A DNA stretch of 64,000 nucleotides from Nitrospirales bacterium (GCA_965223295.1 CBDCWC010000002.1:1712459-1776458), one strand, 5' to 3'; shown: positions 29,601 through 39,771, numbered from the stretch's first letter. A program made the numbers and translations. Notes: generated by a model from the sequence alone, not told the origin.

Positions 29601-31235
29601 TTAAATACTCAAGGTTTCCAATTTTCTCCGATTCAAGAAGTCAAAGACCACTTTCGTTCCGACAAATGCCGTAAAAAGATTAATCCCAATACCCAAACAA
29701 AGCGTGACGGCAAATCCTTTAATAGGTCCGGTTCCAAATAAGAATAACGCCAACCCCGTGATCAAAGTTGTCACATGGGCATCCACAATCGTCAGGAAAG
29801 CTTTTTCAAAACCAGCATCTACCGCTAAACGGACAGGACGACCAGCGCGTAATTCTTCACGAATGCGTTCGAAGATCAGTACATTGGAGTCTACTCCCAT
29901 TCCAATGGTTAAGATAATCCCTGCAATACCAGGCAGCGTTAAAGTGGCATTCAATCCGGACAGAGCCCCTAACAAGCCGATTAAATTTAGTGCCAAGGCC
30001 ATATTGGCAATTAGCCCCGACAGACGATAGTACACAACCATGAAAATCAAGACTAAGCAACCAGCAATCAACGTCGTACGTAACCCTTTTTCTATAGAAT
30101 CCTTTCCTAGAGAAGGACCCACAGTTAAATCCTGTAGGGTTTTGAGTGGGGCCGGCAGCGCCCCTGCCCGAAGGACGACGGCCAAATCATTGGCTTCGTC
30201 AGTCGTAAACGTACCACTGATGACCGCCCGGCCTCCGCTAATGCGCTCATTGATCGTGGGAGCAGAATACACTTTCCCATCCAGCACAATCGCCATGCGT
30301 TTCCCAACGTTGGCAGCTGTCACAGCATCGAATTCCTGAGCCCCCTTACTATCAAAAGTCACGCCAACATTTGGTTCATTAAATTCCCCAATTGATACCC
30401 GTGCATCTTGAAGCAAATCCCCAATTAAGGCAGCATCCTTTTTCACCAAATAGGGGATGCTATAGGTGGAATCATCCAATTCCGATTCAACGGTTTCAAA
30501 AAGAATTTCAGCTTCCTCTGGGATTTTCTCGGCAAATTCTTGACGAACCTTTTCTTCCTGCCCCCTTTCAACCTGTGGCGGAAGATCCAATGCGGCCTTG
30601 GATTCATGGAGCATTTTGAATTCAAGCAACGCAGTCTTTTGAATAAGATCTTTCGCTCGTTGCGGATCTTGAACTCCAGGTAATTGAATCGCGATTTGAT
30701 TCAATCCCAATCGCTGAATCAACGGTTCTGCGACGCCAAATTGGTCGATCCGGTTCCGGATCGTCTCCAACGCTTGATTAATGGCAGAGGTTTTGATGCG
30801 TTGAACATCTTCATCACTCAGTGCATATTCTAGACGCCCACCAGAATTTTCCCGCAAGAGAAAGCTGGGGTAAGACTCGCTGACCAACGATTGAACCTCG
30901 TCAGCATCCGATTCATTCTCCAAATCAATTGAAACTCCATTCGAACCCTCTCGGCTCACCGCTTTTACTTCAATTGATTGTTCGGCTAAAAGATCCTCTA
31001 TAGCTTTTCGCGACCGGTCAACCGCAATTTCCACAGCTCGCTCTTCTTCTACTTCCAGCACCAGGTGGATCCCACCCTGAAGGTCCAATCCTAACGACAA
31101 CCCTTGATGATTGAAAAAACTTTTTACTCCCTCTGGCAAAACTTGGTACAAGCTCGGGAAGGAAGGCAACGCTAGAATACAGGACACAATAGTGACAGTG
31201 AGGAGGAGGAGAAATCTCCCTCGAAGCTTTTTCAT
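29601..31235 (-). CDS. secD: Protein translocase subunit SecD
   Basis: LGLDLQGG, RIDQFGVAEP, VGPSLG, TLPGIAG, DSNVLIFERIREE. Confidence 0.96.
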   Translation of the reverse strand: MKKLRGRFLLLLTVTIVSCILALPSFPSLYQVLPEGVKSFFNHQGLSLGLDLQGGIHLVLEVEEERAVEIAVDRSRKAIEDLLAEQSIEVKAVSREGSNGVSIDLENESDADEVQSLVSESYPSFLLRENSGGRLEYALSDEDVQRIKTSAINQALETIRNRIDQFGVAEPLIQRLGLNQIAIQLPGVQDPQRAKDLIQKTALLEFKMLHESKAALDLPPQVERGQEEKVRQEFAEKIPEEAEILFETVESELDDSTYSIPYLVKKDAALIGDLLQDARVSIGEFNEPNVGVTFDSKGAQEFDAVTAANVGKRMAIVLDGKVYSAPTINERISGGRAVISGTFTTDEANDLAVVLRAGALPAPLKTLQDLTVGPSLGKDSIEKGLRTTLIAGCLVLIFMVVYYRLSGLIANMALALNLIGLLGALSGLNATLTLPGIAGIILTIGMGVDSNVLIFERIREELRAGRPVRLAVDAGFEKAFLTIVDAHVTTLITGLALFLFGTGPIKGFAVTLCLGIGINLFTAFVGTKVVFDFLNRRKLETLSI

Positions 31236-31254
31236 GCATTAACCTCTTGATCCA

Positions 31255-31578
31255 TCATGATTCACTCGACGTACGAATGCTGGAAATATGGTCACGCTGT
31301 AAACGTATTTTCGTATTATCAGCCACTTGGAGTGTGACGGTTTCTTTATCCAAATTGGTAACCGTCCCCCAAATTCCTGAAGACGTAATGACCTTATCTC
31401 CTTTTTTAAGGCCGTCTAATAGTTCTCGTTGCTTTTTTTGTCGCCGTTGCTGCGGCAAGATCAACAAAAAATAAAACACGATAAAGATCAGAATAAACGG
31501 AATGAGTGACAGTAGCCCCGCTGACGTATCAGGTGCAGCCCCTCCAGTTTGAGCCCATGCTTGAGAAACAAATTCCAT
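31255..31578 (-). CDS. yajC: Preprotein translocase subunit YajC
   Basis: FYFLLILPQQRRQK...LKKGDKVITSSGIWG; start at ATG 31578 with a GAGGT RBS; tgt-yajC-secD-secF order. Confidence 0.95.
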   Translation of the reverse strand: MEFVSQAWAQTGGAAPDTSAGLLSLIPFILIFIVFYFLLILPQQRRQKKQRELLDGLKKGDKVITSSGIWGTVTNLDKETVTLQVADNTKIRLQRDHISSIRTSSES

Positions 31579-31616
31579 ACTTACCTCAATCATGCAATTG
31601 GGTGACGATAGCACAA

Positions 31617-32771
31617 TTAATTTATGGTATCTTGCTGTAACGGGTCGGCCTCGACCGATGCGCGGCGTTGATAGAAATCTTTTCGATAGTCCTCGAATCG
31701 ATTCTCTCTAATCGCCTGCCGCATTTCGGCCATAAGCCGTCCATAATACCAAAGATTGTGGACAGTATTCAGTCGAACACCTAACATTTCACGAGAAATA
31801 AATAAATGCCGCAAATAGGCCCTGGAAAACCGTTGGCACACTGGACAGGTACAGTCTGCATCAATCGGGCTTGGGTCTTGCGTATAGCGTGCTTGCTTGA
31901 TCATGACGCGTCCTGTAGAAGTAAACAGCCATCCCGTTCGGCCATGACGGGTCGGAATCACACAATCAAATAAGTCCAACCCTCGAGTCACGCCCTCCAC
32001 AAGGTCTTCGGGCAAACCAACGCCCATAAGATAGCGGGGGCGGTCGACCGGAAGAAGCTCGACCACCGTTTCTATCATCTCGAACATCGCAGGCTTTTCT
32101 TCACCTAGCGATAGTCCACCCAACGCATACCCATCCATATTTAACGCAACCAATTCCTGAGCGGATTCCCTCCTCAACTCTGAGAACACTCCACCTTGAA
32201 CGATCCCAAATATCCATTGATGAGCCTTCCTAGGAACTTCAGCACAGCGCTTTGCCCAACGGGTGGTGCGCTGCACCGCTTCTCGAGCCTGAGGTTGAGG
32301 ACAGGGAAATGATGGACAATGGTCCAAGACCATCATAATATCTGAGCCAAGCGCGACTTGGATGCCAATACTTTTCTCCGGGGAGAGCATATGCCATTCT
32401 CCGTTGATATGGGAACGAAACCTCACGCCCTCCTCGGTAATCGTGCAAAGATCAGCGAGGCTGACCATTTGGAACCCACCACTATCGGTAAGAATGGCTC
32501 CTGGCCATTGCATAAACTCATGCAACCCTCCCTGTGATTCAATCAATTCGTGTCCAGGCCGTAGAAACAAATGGTAAGCATTGGCCAACATCATTTGAAA
32601 GCCACAATCACGAATTTCGTAAGGATCTAAACCTTTAACGGTTCCTTGTGAGCCCACTGGCATAAAGGCTGGAGTGGCAATATCACCATGTGACGTGGAT
32701 AACAAACCAACTCGGGCTCCAGAAACCGTAGTATGATGAACCTGAAAATTCTGTTTACCGTAAGAGGCCAT
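31617..32771 (-). CDS. tgt: tRNA-guanine transglycosylase
   Basis: TPAFMPVG, TDSGGFQ, GIVQGG, PRYLMGVG, FDCVIPTR, CxCxxC zinc site. Confidence 0.96.
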   Translation of the reverse strand: MASYGKQNFQVHHTTVSGARVGLLSTSHGDIATPAFMPVGSQGTVKGLDPYEIRDCGFQMMLANAYHLFLRPGHELIESQGGLHEFMQWPGAILTDSGGFQMVSLADLCTITEEGVRFRSHINGEWHMLSPEKSIGIQVALGSDIMMVLDHCPSFPCPQPQAREAVQRTTRWAKRCAEVPRKAHQWIFGIVQGGVFSELRRESAQELVALNMDGYALGGLSLGEEKPAMFEMIETVVELLPVDRPRYLMGVGLPEDLVEGVTRGLDLFDCVIPTRHGRTGWLFTSTGRVMIKQARYTQDPSPIDADCTCPVCQRFSRAYLRHLFISREMLGVRLNTVHNLWYYGRLMAEMRQAIRENRFEDYRKDFYQRRASVEADPLQQDTIN

Positions 32772-32819
32772 AAGTTTGCTGCTCAGAAAAAGTCATTCTG
32801 CTAAAGGCTACCAGATTCG

Positions 32820-34601
32820 TTACATTTTCTCGGGAGATGACATGCCGAGTAATGTGAGACCGTTACGAAGCACCATCTGCACTTGACGCAACAGAGCTAA
32901 ACGAGCGGCAGTGAGCGCAGGGGTGAGAGATTCATGGCGGGGTTCTTTTTCTGTATGTAGTTTATCTCCATTTGATTCCCATAACTTTTGCTGAGACTCT
33001 CTTTCGTCTATCACCACATTCTCCAATGGCTGGAGAACTCGATGCTTGTTGTAATAGGCATGCAATTGCGCAGCAAGTTCTTGCAAATAAAAGGTGACAC
33101 GATGAGGCTCCAAAGCCAGAGCACTCCCTTCAACAACAAAAGGATATTGAGCTAGAGTTTTCATGAGCGCCAACTCTTCGACGGCGAGAAGTAAAGAAGG
33201 ATCGACATCCTGAATGTCAGGGAGTGAAACCTGACGTTCCTGGGCAACACGGAACAGACTGGCTAAGCGAGCATGAGCATACTGAACATAATAGACAGGA
33301 TTATCGGAAGATTGTTGTTTCGCTAATTCCAGGTCAAAATCCAAATGCGTATCTGCCCGCCGCATCAGAAAGAAAAACTTCGCCGCATCAGACCCGACTT
33401 CCTCTACGATCTCACGCAACGTGACAAATTCTCCGGCGCGTTTGGACATCTCAATCTTTTGAGTCCCTCGCAGCAAACTCACCATTTGCACTAACACGAC
33501 TCGGAGCGATTCTTTGGTATGACCAAAAGCCTGTACTGTCGCAGCCATTCGCGGGATATATCCATGATGGTCAGCCCCCCAAATATTAATAAGGGTATTG
33601 TACCCCCTAGCCAGCTTATCATGATGATAGGCCATATCCGCAGCTAGATACGTGTAGCTGCCATCTTGCTTTTTAACGACTCGATCTTTTTCATCCCCAA
33701 ACATTGAAGAACGAAACCACAAGGCTCCATCTTCCTCCTTGACAAGATCTCGTTCACGCAATTTATCCAACGTAAACTGCACCATCCCTTTCGAATGAAG
33801 AGTCGCTTCTGAAAACCAGGTCTCGAAATTCACGCCAAAATTTTCCAAATCCTCCTTAATGCGGTGCAACAACACCTGACTGGCTACTTGCGCACAAGTC
33901 GTTTCGGCCTGATCTGTTGGCTGCTTTAGTAAAGTCTCTCCATGAGAACGGACAAGAGATTCAGCCAACTCCTTTATATAGTCTCCGTGATACCCATCCT
34001 CGGGAAAGGATGAGTCTTTCCTTAAACATTCTCGATAGCGTGCATACACAGACTGCCCTAATAATAGAAGTTGCCGGCCAGCATCATTAATATAGAATTC
34101 ACGTTCAACCGTAAATCCGGTGGCGGTGAGGAGCGAGGCAATAGCCTGTCCCAATGCTGCACCCCGCCCATGTCCTACATGCAAGGGTCCAGTCGGATTC
34201 GCACTGACAAATTCCAAATTAATTCGTGTGCCTTTTCCCACATGACTCGTACCATACAAAAACCTTTGCTCCTGGATGGTTTGTAATACTTCTATCCAGC
34301 GAAGAGGGTGTAGTGTAAGATTTAAAAAACCTGGGGGTGCGACATCTATTCGTTCAAATAAATTCGGAAATTGCTCTTGGAGGTTTGTGGCTAAAACCTT
34401 GGCCACTTTCAGCGGGGCTTGTTGAACGGTAGAAGCCAGCTTCATAGCGACATTACAAGAGAAGTCTCCCCATTCAGACCGCTTGGGAGGTTCTACAACC
34501 GGAGACGGAATTGCACCAATGGATAATTGTCCCGACTCATTGACTTTCTCTAGGGTCTGGGCAATAGCCCTAGCAACTTGGTTTTGAAGAAATATCTCCA
34601 C
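32820..34601 (-). CDS. argS: Arginine--tRNA ligase
   Basis: EFVSANPTGPLHVGHGRGA, GADHHGY, MSKRAG, YVQYAHAR, C-terminal PEKM. Confidence 0.96.
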   Translation of the reverse strand: MEIFLQNQVARAIAQTLEKVNESGQLSIGAIPSPVVEPPKRSEWGDFSCNVAMKLASTVQQAPLKVAKVLATNLQEQFPNLFERIDVAPPGFLNLTLHPLRWIEVLQTIQEQRFLYGTSHVGKGTRINLEFVSANPTGPLHVGHGRGAALGQAIASLLTATGFTVEREFYINDAGRQLLLLGQSVYARYRECLRKDSSFPEDGYHGDYIKELAESLVRSHGETLLKQPTDQAETTCAQVASQVLLHRIKEDLENFGVNFETWFSEATLHSKGMVQFTLDKLRERDLVKEEDGALWFRSSMFGDEKDRVVKKQDGSYTYLAADMAYHHDKLARGYNTLINIWGADHHGYIPRMAATVQAFGHTKESLRVVLVQMVSLLRGTQKIEMSKRAGEFVTLREIVEEVGSDAAKFFFLMRRADTHLDFDLELAKQQSSDNPVYYVQYAHARLASLFRVAQERQVSLPDIQDVDPSLLLAVEELALMKTLAQYPFVVEGSALALEPHRVTFYLQELAAQLHAYYNKHRVLQPLENVVIDERESQQKLWESNGDKLHTEKEPRHESLTPALTAARLALLRQVQMVLRNGLTLLGMSSPEKM

Positions 34602-34649
34602 TGAAAATCTCTCTATCTACTTAATAAATAAGGGATTTTACCCGCGGCG

Positions 34650-34678
34650 AATGTACCACAGGATTTTTTTCAAGGCAA
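34650..34678 (-). promoter_or_regulatory. sigma70-type promoter for argS-tgt-yajC-secDF
   Basis: TTGCCT-N17-TACATT on the minus strand. Confidence 0.5.
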
Positions 34679-34827
34679 GGATTCGTAGGAACTTCAAAAA
34701 ATATCGCTACTATACAACTTATAAGATTTTCCCATTATTAAGACTTAACGAACATTTATTTTCATGACTACGCAATTTACTTTTTTAGGAAAAATTTCGA
34801 GATCTCACTTCATTTCATTCAGCCTTG

Positions 34828-35442
34828 TTAAACAGACATACTTTTTTTGACAAATTCTAAATCGGCTGGAGTATTAATATTATAAAATGATTGACGAAGG
34901 GGATCGATATCGTCAAATAAGGTTTCATCCAAAATCTTTACGTTGAGGTCCAAGGAAGAAACTAATTGCTGAATCTTTAGATCACCTTTATCAATCATCT
35001 CTTCCATAAGGGGAAGACATTTTTTAGAATAACGAGCATGCAACGGTTGTATGTTGTTTAAGAGTTTCACTACCACGACATCACTAACCGGTTCTGAGCA
35101 TATACGAACAACATTTCCTCTAACCAGAAAAGGCATATCACAAGCCACGACAAAGACTAAAGAATGTTTCGCTTCTATTAGTCCAGTATACAACCCGCCC
35201 AGAGAACCTTTTTGAAGAATTTTGTCAGTTACTAAACGAACAGGAAGGTGAGCACAGTCATAGTCCTGTTTAGCCGTTACCACGAGTACCTCTTCAAACA
35301 GGCTGCTCATCACACGACACACGCGATCCAGAAACGGCTCTCCCTCCCAACGCAGTCGCCTTTTATCTTCACCCATTCGACGACTTTGTCCACCACCCAA
35401 CACAACACCTGAAATGTTGGAAAACTTTTTGTCTATAGCCAT
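34828..35442 (-). CDS. mobA: Molybdenum cofactor guanylyltransferase
   Basis: VVLGGGQSRRMGEDK, GSLGGLYTGL, VACDMPF, QPLHARY, NINTPADL. Confidence 0.92.
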   Translation of the reverse strand: MAIDKKFSNISGVVLGGGQSRRMGEDKRRLRWEGEPFLDRVCRVMSSLFEEVLVVTAKQDYDCAHLPVRLVTDKILQKGSLGGLYTGLIEAKHSLVFVVACDMPFLVRGNVVRICSEPVSDVVVVKLLNNIQPLHARYSKKCLPLMEEMIDKGDLKIQQLVSSLDLNVKILDETLFDDIDPLRQSFYNINTPADLEFVKKSMSV

Positions 35443-35476
35443 AAAAAAAGGGGGTGGAACGTGGTCCCACCCCCTC
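35443..35476 (-). terminator. Intrinsic terminator after the diheme NxrC-like gene
   Basis: Stem GGGGGTGG...CCACCCCC followed by a T7 run on the minus strand. Confidence 0.7.
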
Positions 35477-35518
35477 CTCTTTGGGTTGCTCGTGTGGCTC
35501 CTAGGCGGGGCCGACGAC

Positions 35519-37426
35519 TTAAGTCGTCCCTTGGGCTTTGCGACGATTGGAGCGGCGAGTCAAAATCCACCCTTCAACAATGACCAAGCCCACGGCCGCT
35601 AGACCCGCATACCACTTAGCTTCGGCCGGGATCGGTGGCTCCAGCACTAGGTAATAGAACGCAGAGACCCCCATCTTCCGGCCCACATCCCCATTGTGCC
35701 CATCCCACACAAAGAAGTTAATGGGAATATATTTGCCTAACTCGATATAGGTGTCTTCTTCATAGTCGGCTTTGAGCGGCCGCTGAATAATGACTGTCCA
35801 GCGTCCATCCTTCCATTCGGCTTTCACCAGCTTTAATTGTTCGGTGAAGTCATCTCGTTCTTCAAGGTCCTGGTCCCAGCCTGTGCCCGTATAGGCCACC
35901 AGTTCCCCATCGGCCGTCCATTTGGCAATATCTACTGGAAAGCCCTCGTCACCCCAGAAATACCGTGGCTTTCTCGGTGCGGGCAGCTCTTGAAACTTGA
36001 TGGGCATTTGAAAGGCCACCCCATCATTGAACACTTGATAGCTCGTTTGTTTGGCCGCAATCGACTCTGGATGAAACGGATCATCGTCAAACTTCGTGCC
36101 CCCGGGAGCTTGTTCCTCAATCCCATAATCTTCCAAGTTCACTTCATAGGGATCCCAGTCCACGTCATCCTCTTGGATACTCTTCGACCGATCATCCCAT
36201 CGAAACATCAGGGTCACATGCGTATCGTTGTACATCGATTGCACCCAAATATCGTCAATGCGGTTGACGAAGTTACGGGGTTTATGGGTGATTTGCCCCC
36301 CCATGGCTACAATCCGCCGCCCTTCTTTTTCCCATCGTTCATCATACCAGCGGGGGTCATGTTCATCCGTGGGGAGCTCCCCTTCGGCATACTTCGAGGG
36401 GATCACAAAGTTGACCTTAGGCTTGTCCGTTAAAGGGTCAATGCCTCGGGGTTTGGCTGCCAGCAACGCGGCCGCAATTTCATCTGTGACCTTCCCTCCG
36501 GCAATATCGACATCGCTTTTCCGTTCACAGAGATGATTCACATAGTTGGCAATATGCCAGCGGTCTTCGATGGTGGTATTGTCGGCAAACGACGGCATCG
36601 GGGTGCCATTGATGCCGGTCGAAAACGTGCGGAAGATATTGGTGACGTTGTAGGCATCTTGACGACTGCCCCGGAAGTTCCAGCATTTATGCCAATCGGC
36701 CGGTTGAATAGAGAAGCCCCAGTCATCTTTGAGGTTAAATGCGTTGCCATCGCCGCGCCCTTCCAAGCCATGACATTCGATACATTTATTCTCCACCACC
36801 AGTTCAGAGCCACGTTTGATGGACTCCGCGGAGGCCGGTACCTTGGCTTTGGCCAGTTTGTCGAGTTCCAAGATATGCAGTTCTTCGAACTCTTCATCCT
36901 GCCACGACCGGTCTTTGACCAGCTCCATCGTGACAAAGGCCAAAACATTCTTCATTTGTTTTTCGGTGAGGATCCCTTCCCACGAGGGCATAGCCGAGCC
37001 CGGCAGCCCATGGGTCACGGTTTTCAATAAATCCTCTTCAATGAGCGGCAGTTCTCCGCTGGCCGTATGGCGGATTTTGAAGGTGCCGGCATTAAAGTTC
37101 CGCGGGCGCGGCCACAGCCGGTCGGCCCCCGGACCATCCCCGGAGCCATTGACGCCATGGCACCACACACATTTCGTGAAATAGACGCGTTTCCCGGCTT
37201 CAATTTCCTCGGCTGATGGCGGAGCCGGCAACGTGCCTGTGACAAAGCCTTCGGCGTCTTGGGCGAACGCGGGGGCCGAGAAGCCCACTCCGATGGTGAA
37301 AAGGCCCAGCGCGAGCAGGCGGGCAGCCAACCCAGCTCGACTATGGTGATCATGCGGCTGTCTGTTCATGCGATCCCTCGTAGTGTCAGTATGAGTAGTC
37401 AGTGTCTCGTTCATGTGCATCGTCAT
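35519..37426 (-). CDS. Diheme cytochrome c fused to an EB_dh-like domain with a C-terminal TM anchor (alternative NxrC candidate)
   Basis: CVWCH...MPSW and CIECH...MPSF; FRWDD and FFVWDG...GRK; start at ATG 37426 with an AGGAGG RBS. Confidence 0.85.
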   Translation of the reverse strand: MTMHMNETLTTHTDTTRDRMNRQPHDHHSRAGLAARLLALGLFTIGVGFSAPAFAQDAEGFVTGTLPAPPSAEEIEAGKRVYFTKCVWCHGVNGSGDGPGADRLWPRPRNFNAGTFKIRHTASGELPLIEEDLLKTVTHGLPGSAMPSWEGILTEKQMKNVLAFVTMELVKDRSWQDEEFEELHILELDKLAKAKVPASAESIKRGSELVVENKCIECHGLEGRGDGNAFNLKDDWGFSIQPADWHKCWNFRGSRQDAYNVTNIFRTFSTGINGTPMPSFADNTTIEDRWHIANYVNHLCERKSDVDIAGGKVTDEIAAALLAAKPRGIDPLTDKPKVNFVIPSKYAEGELPTDEHDPRWYDERWEKEGRRIVAMGGQITHKPRNFVNRIDDIWVQSMYNDTHVTLMFRWDDRSKSIQEDDVDWDPYEVNLEDYGIEEQAPGGTKFDDDPFHPESIAAKQTSYQVFNDGVAFQMPIKFQELPAPRKPRYFWGDEGFPVDIAKWTADGELVAYTGTGWDQDLEERDDFTEQLKLVKAEWKDGRWTVIIQRPLKADYEEDTYIELGKYIPINFFVWDGHNGDVGRKMGVSAFYYLVLEPPIPAEAKWYAGLAAVGLVIVEGWILTRRSNRRKAQGTT

Positions 37427-37439
37427 CAGTGGCACCTCC

Positions 37440-38408
37440 TCAATCCCAAGTCCGAGGATAATAGCCCGTGTGCCAATACTCAAACATGATGACTTTCCAA
37501 ATTTCATCCACCGTGAGATGCTGCTCCCAGGGCGGCATCACCGAAGCCCAGGGGAAGCCTTCCCCTGGCAACCCAATGCCTCCTTTGGCTACCCGCCAGA
37601 ACACAAACGTTTCTTGCAACTGGGCAATGGTGCCCGCATCGGTGAAGTTGGCGGGAATAGGGTTAAACGCATATGCCCACAGACCCCGGCCATTCAAATT
37701 ATCGCCATGGCAGAAGTGGCAGTTTTGAAAAAAGATCTCCCCACCTTCTCGCACATGCTTGATATAGCCCTTGGCATTGGGATCCCAGGGGTTGTCTTCA
37801 GGGCTGTTGACGTCTTTCATCAACCGCCCCATCGATTGTTCCACAATATGCGCATTGGAGTAGGCGGGGTCATACTTGCCCGACGGATCAATCCGGTACG
37901 GCTGCTCCGCGGTTTGCAAGACATAGGTTTTGCCGTGCACTTTGGTGGTGGCCGGCGGCGCCGGATGCACCGTGCGCAACTCAATGGGCTCTTCGAAGCT
38001 GGGCAGCAGCGAGTTGTAGGCAAAAGCCCCTAACCCAATGGGGAGCAGCAATAATAGCGCGGTCCGGATGACTTTGGTGAAGATGTTATTGGCATCCAGC
38101 ACACTAATGATGGGCCGTTTAAACTCTTCCCATTCTTCTTGCGAGCCCGACACCCACATGAAGATCCCGCAGGCGGAGACGGTACCATAAATGGCCCGGA
38201 CACTGAACGGGATGGGCGGATAGATGCGGTACTTTAAGTAAAACAAGTTGATGAAGCACCACACAAAGATCCCTGCCCAAAACTTCGGCAGGCCAACCCC
38301 GGCCCGCTTGAGCAGCCAATTACACAGCGAAAAGAACAGGATGCAGATCGCCAGCTCCGAGATCATCTGCATCGGCATGTAGCCTTCTACTAATTTAAGC
38401 CAGGTCAT
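37440..38408 (-). CDS. Membrane-anchored monoheme cytochrome c
   Basis: Four N-terminal TMs, then CHFCHG...PANF...MPPW. Confidence 0.87.
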   Translation of the reverse strand: MTWLKLVEGYMPMQMISELAICILFFSLCNWLLKRAGVGLPKFWAGIFVWCFINLFYLKYRIYPPIPFSVRAIYGTVSACGIFMWVSGSQEEWEEFKRPIISVLDANNIFTKVIRTALLLLLPIGLGAFAYNSLLPSFEEPIELRTVHPAPPATTKVHGKTYVLQTAEQPYRIDPSGKYDPAYSNAHIVEQSMGRLMKDVNSPEDNPWDPNAKGYIKHVREGGEIFFQNCHFCHGDNLNGRGLWAYAFNPIPANFTDAGTIAQLQETFVFWRVAKGGIGLPGEGFPWASVMPPWEQHLTVDEIWKVIMFEYWHTGYYPRTWD

Positions 38409-38454
38409 GCTTCTGTACTCCTATCTTCAGTTTAAAAGACCTTGTAAGAACTTA

Positions 38455-39771
38455 TTATTCTTTAGCAGGTAGTGGCTTGCCTTCTTCCAACTGGGCCAAA
38501 TAATCCACAATTTTGCTGAGAGCACCACCAGTTAATTTCAACCCAAAATCTTTTGGCATTTGGTTGTCAGGATAGTCAGCAACTACATAGGCACTTGGAT
38601 CTAAAATTGATTCAGTAATATATTCTTTTGTCGTTTTAGCTTTTCCTGCATAACCAGCATCTTTCATTCTCTTAGGAGCATTACTTCCCTCCCATAACTC
38701 AGGACCAACCTTACCCGTTGCTCCTTCGATACCTGGAATGGTATGGCAAGCGGGGCACCCAGCTCCCATAAATAGATCATCATGCGACTCAGTCCCATCA
38801 ACCAACATGGCTCCTCCGGCTCCTCCGCCTTCTTCTTCATCCCCACCTTCTGCTGGACGGTCTGCCTCAGGAATGAACTTTTCGTAGGCCGCTTGTATTT
38901 CATCATAAGCTGGAGGCTCTGCGCCTTCCCTTGTAAACATCCAAGTATCAACTGCCGCTAACTCTCCAAGCGTTAGAGATATTGGTGGCTTGTGAATTTT
39001 AGGCATAGGGCTTTCCGTATCATTCGAACCCTTCACGCCAAAACCAGGAACCACATAACAGTTCGGACAAGCATGAGATTCAGCAATGTATTCTAATCCA
39101 TTTGTTGCCGTGCCCGACCCTTCAAACGCCTCTTTCTGAACTGAAGGTCTAGACGCCGGATCATTCATGTGATAGTTGGGTTCCTTCAATCTTTCAGAAG
39201 ATCGCTCAGGAATTCCGAAAAGATTTGGAGCTCTCTCACTTAAGAAACCTTTTTGAAAACCATGGCATAACGGACACTGACCTTTTCCAATAGCTCCTTG
39301 AGTTTTGCTTTGCCCAATACCACCAAAAATAATCTTCTCCCCTTCGTCTCCCAACTGCTGCGGAGACATACTTTGGAAATCTAGCTTGACAACAGGAGGA
39401 GGAAACCCACCTTCCACTTGTGGAAGCCAATTGCCATAGCCTGACAAGGCCGCGGCCACGAAAAACATAAAACCACCGATTTTCATTAAGGCACTGATAT
39501 TTAGGAAATACAACCCCATGATAAACGACATGGCCGTAATCATGACCAATGATACCGGCAGCATGCCAGGGTTATTTTCAAAATTATGTGTATAATTTGA
39601 AATGGCGATCAACACCAAGAACATACACAATATCCCAATCAGCGTCTGAAATGATGCGCGCTTCTTCTGCGCCGGATCTTTAATGGTAGCCTGAAAGTAG
39701 ACAAGGAGGCCAACTAACGCTAGCAAGATGGGCCATCCTAAATCCCACGCTCTTCCGATTAAATCAACCAC
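38455..39771 (-). CDS. Membrane-anchored diheme cytochrome c
   Basis: Four N-terminal TMs; CPLCH...MP and CPACH...MP domains. Confidence 0.87.
   Translation of the reverse strand: MVDLIGRAWDLGWPILLALVGLLVYFQATIKDPAQKKRASFQTLIGILCMFLVLIAISNYTHNFENNPGMLPVSLVMITAMSFIMGLYFLNISALMKIGGFMFFVAAALSGYGNWLPQVEGGFPPPVVKLDFQSMSPQQLGDEGEKIIFGGIGQSKTQGAIGKGQCPLCHGFQKGFLSERAPNLFGIPERSSERLKEPNYHMNDPASRPSVQKEAFEGSGTATNGLEYIAESHACPNCYVVPGFGVKGSNDTESPMPKIHKPPISLTLGELAAVDTWMFTREGAEPPAYDEIQAAYEKFIPEADRPAEGGDEEEGGGAGGAMLVDGTESHDDLFMGAGCPACHTIPGIEGATGKVGPELWEGSNAPKRMKDAGYAGKAKTTKEYITESILDPSAYVVADYPDNQMPKDFGLKLTGGALSKIVDYLAQLEEGKPLPAKE

Noticed and set aside
32930-33030. About 30-aa polar insertion near the ArgS C-terminus
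   Set aside because: It is in frame and lies in a variable loop, with no intein or mobile-element signature
35837-38033. Long antisense ORFs (198, 165 and 206 aa)
   Set aside because: They are explained by GC-rich codon usage of the cytochrome genes on the opposite strand
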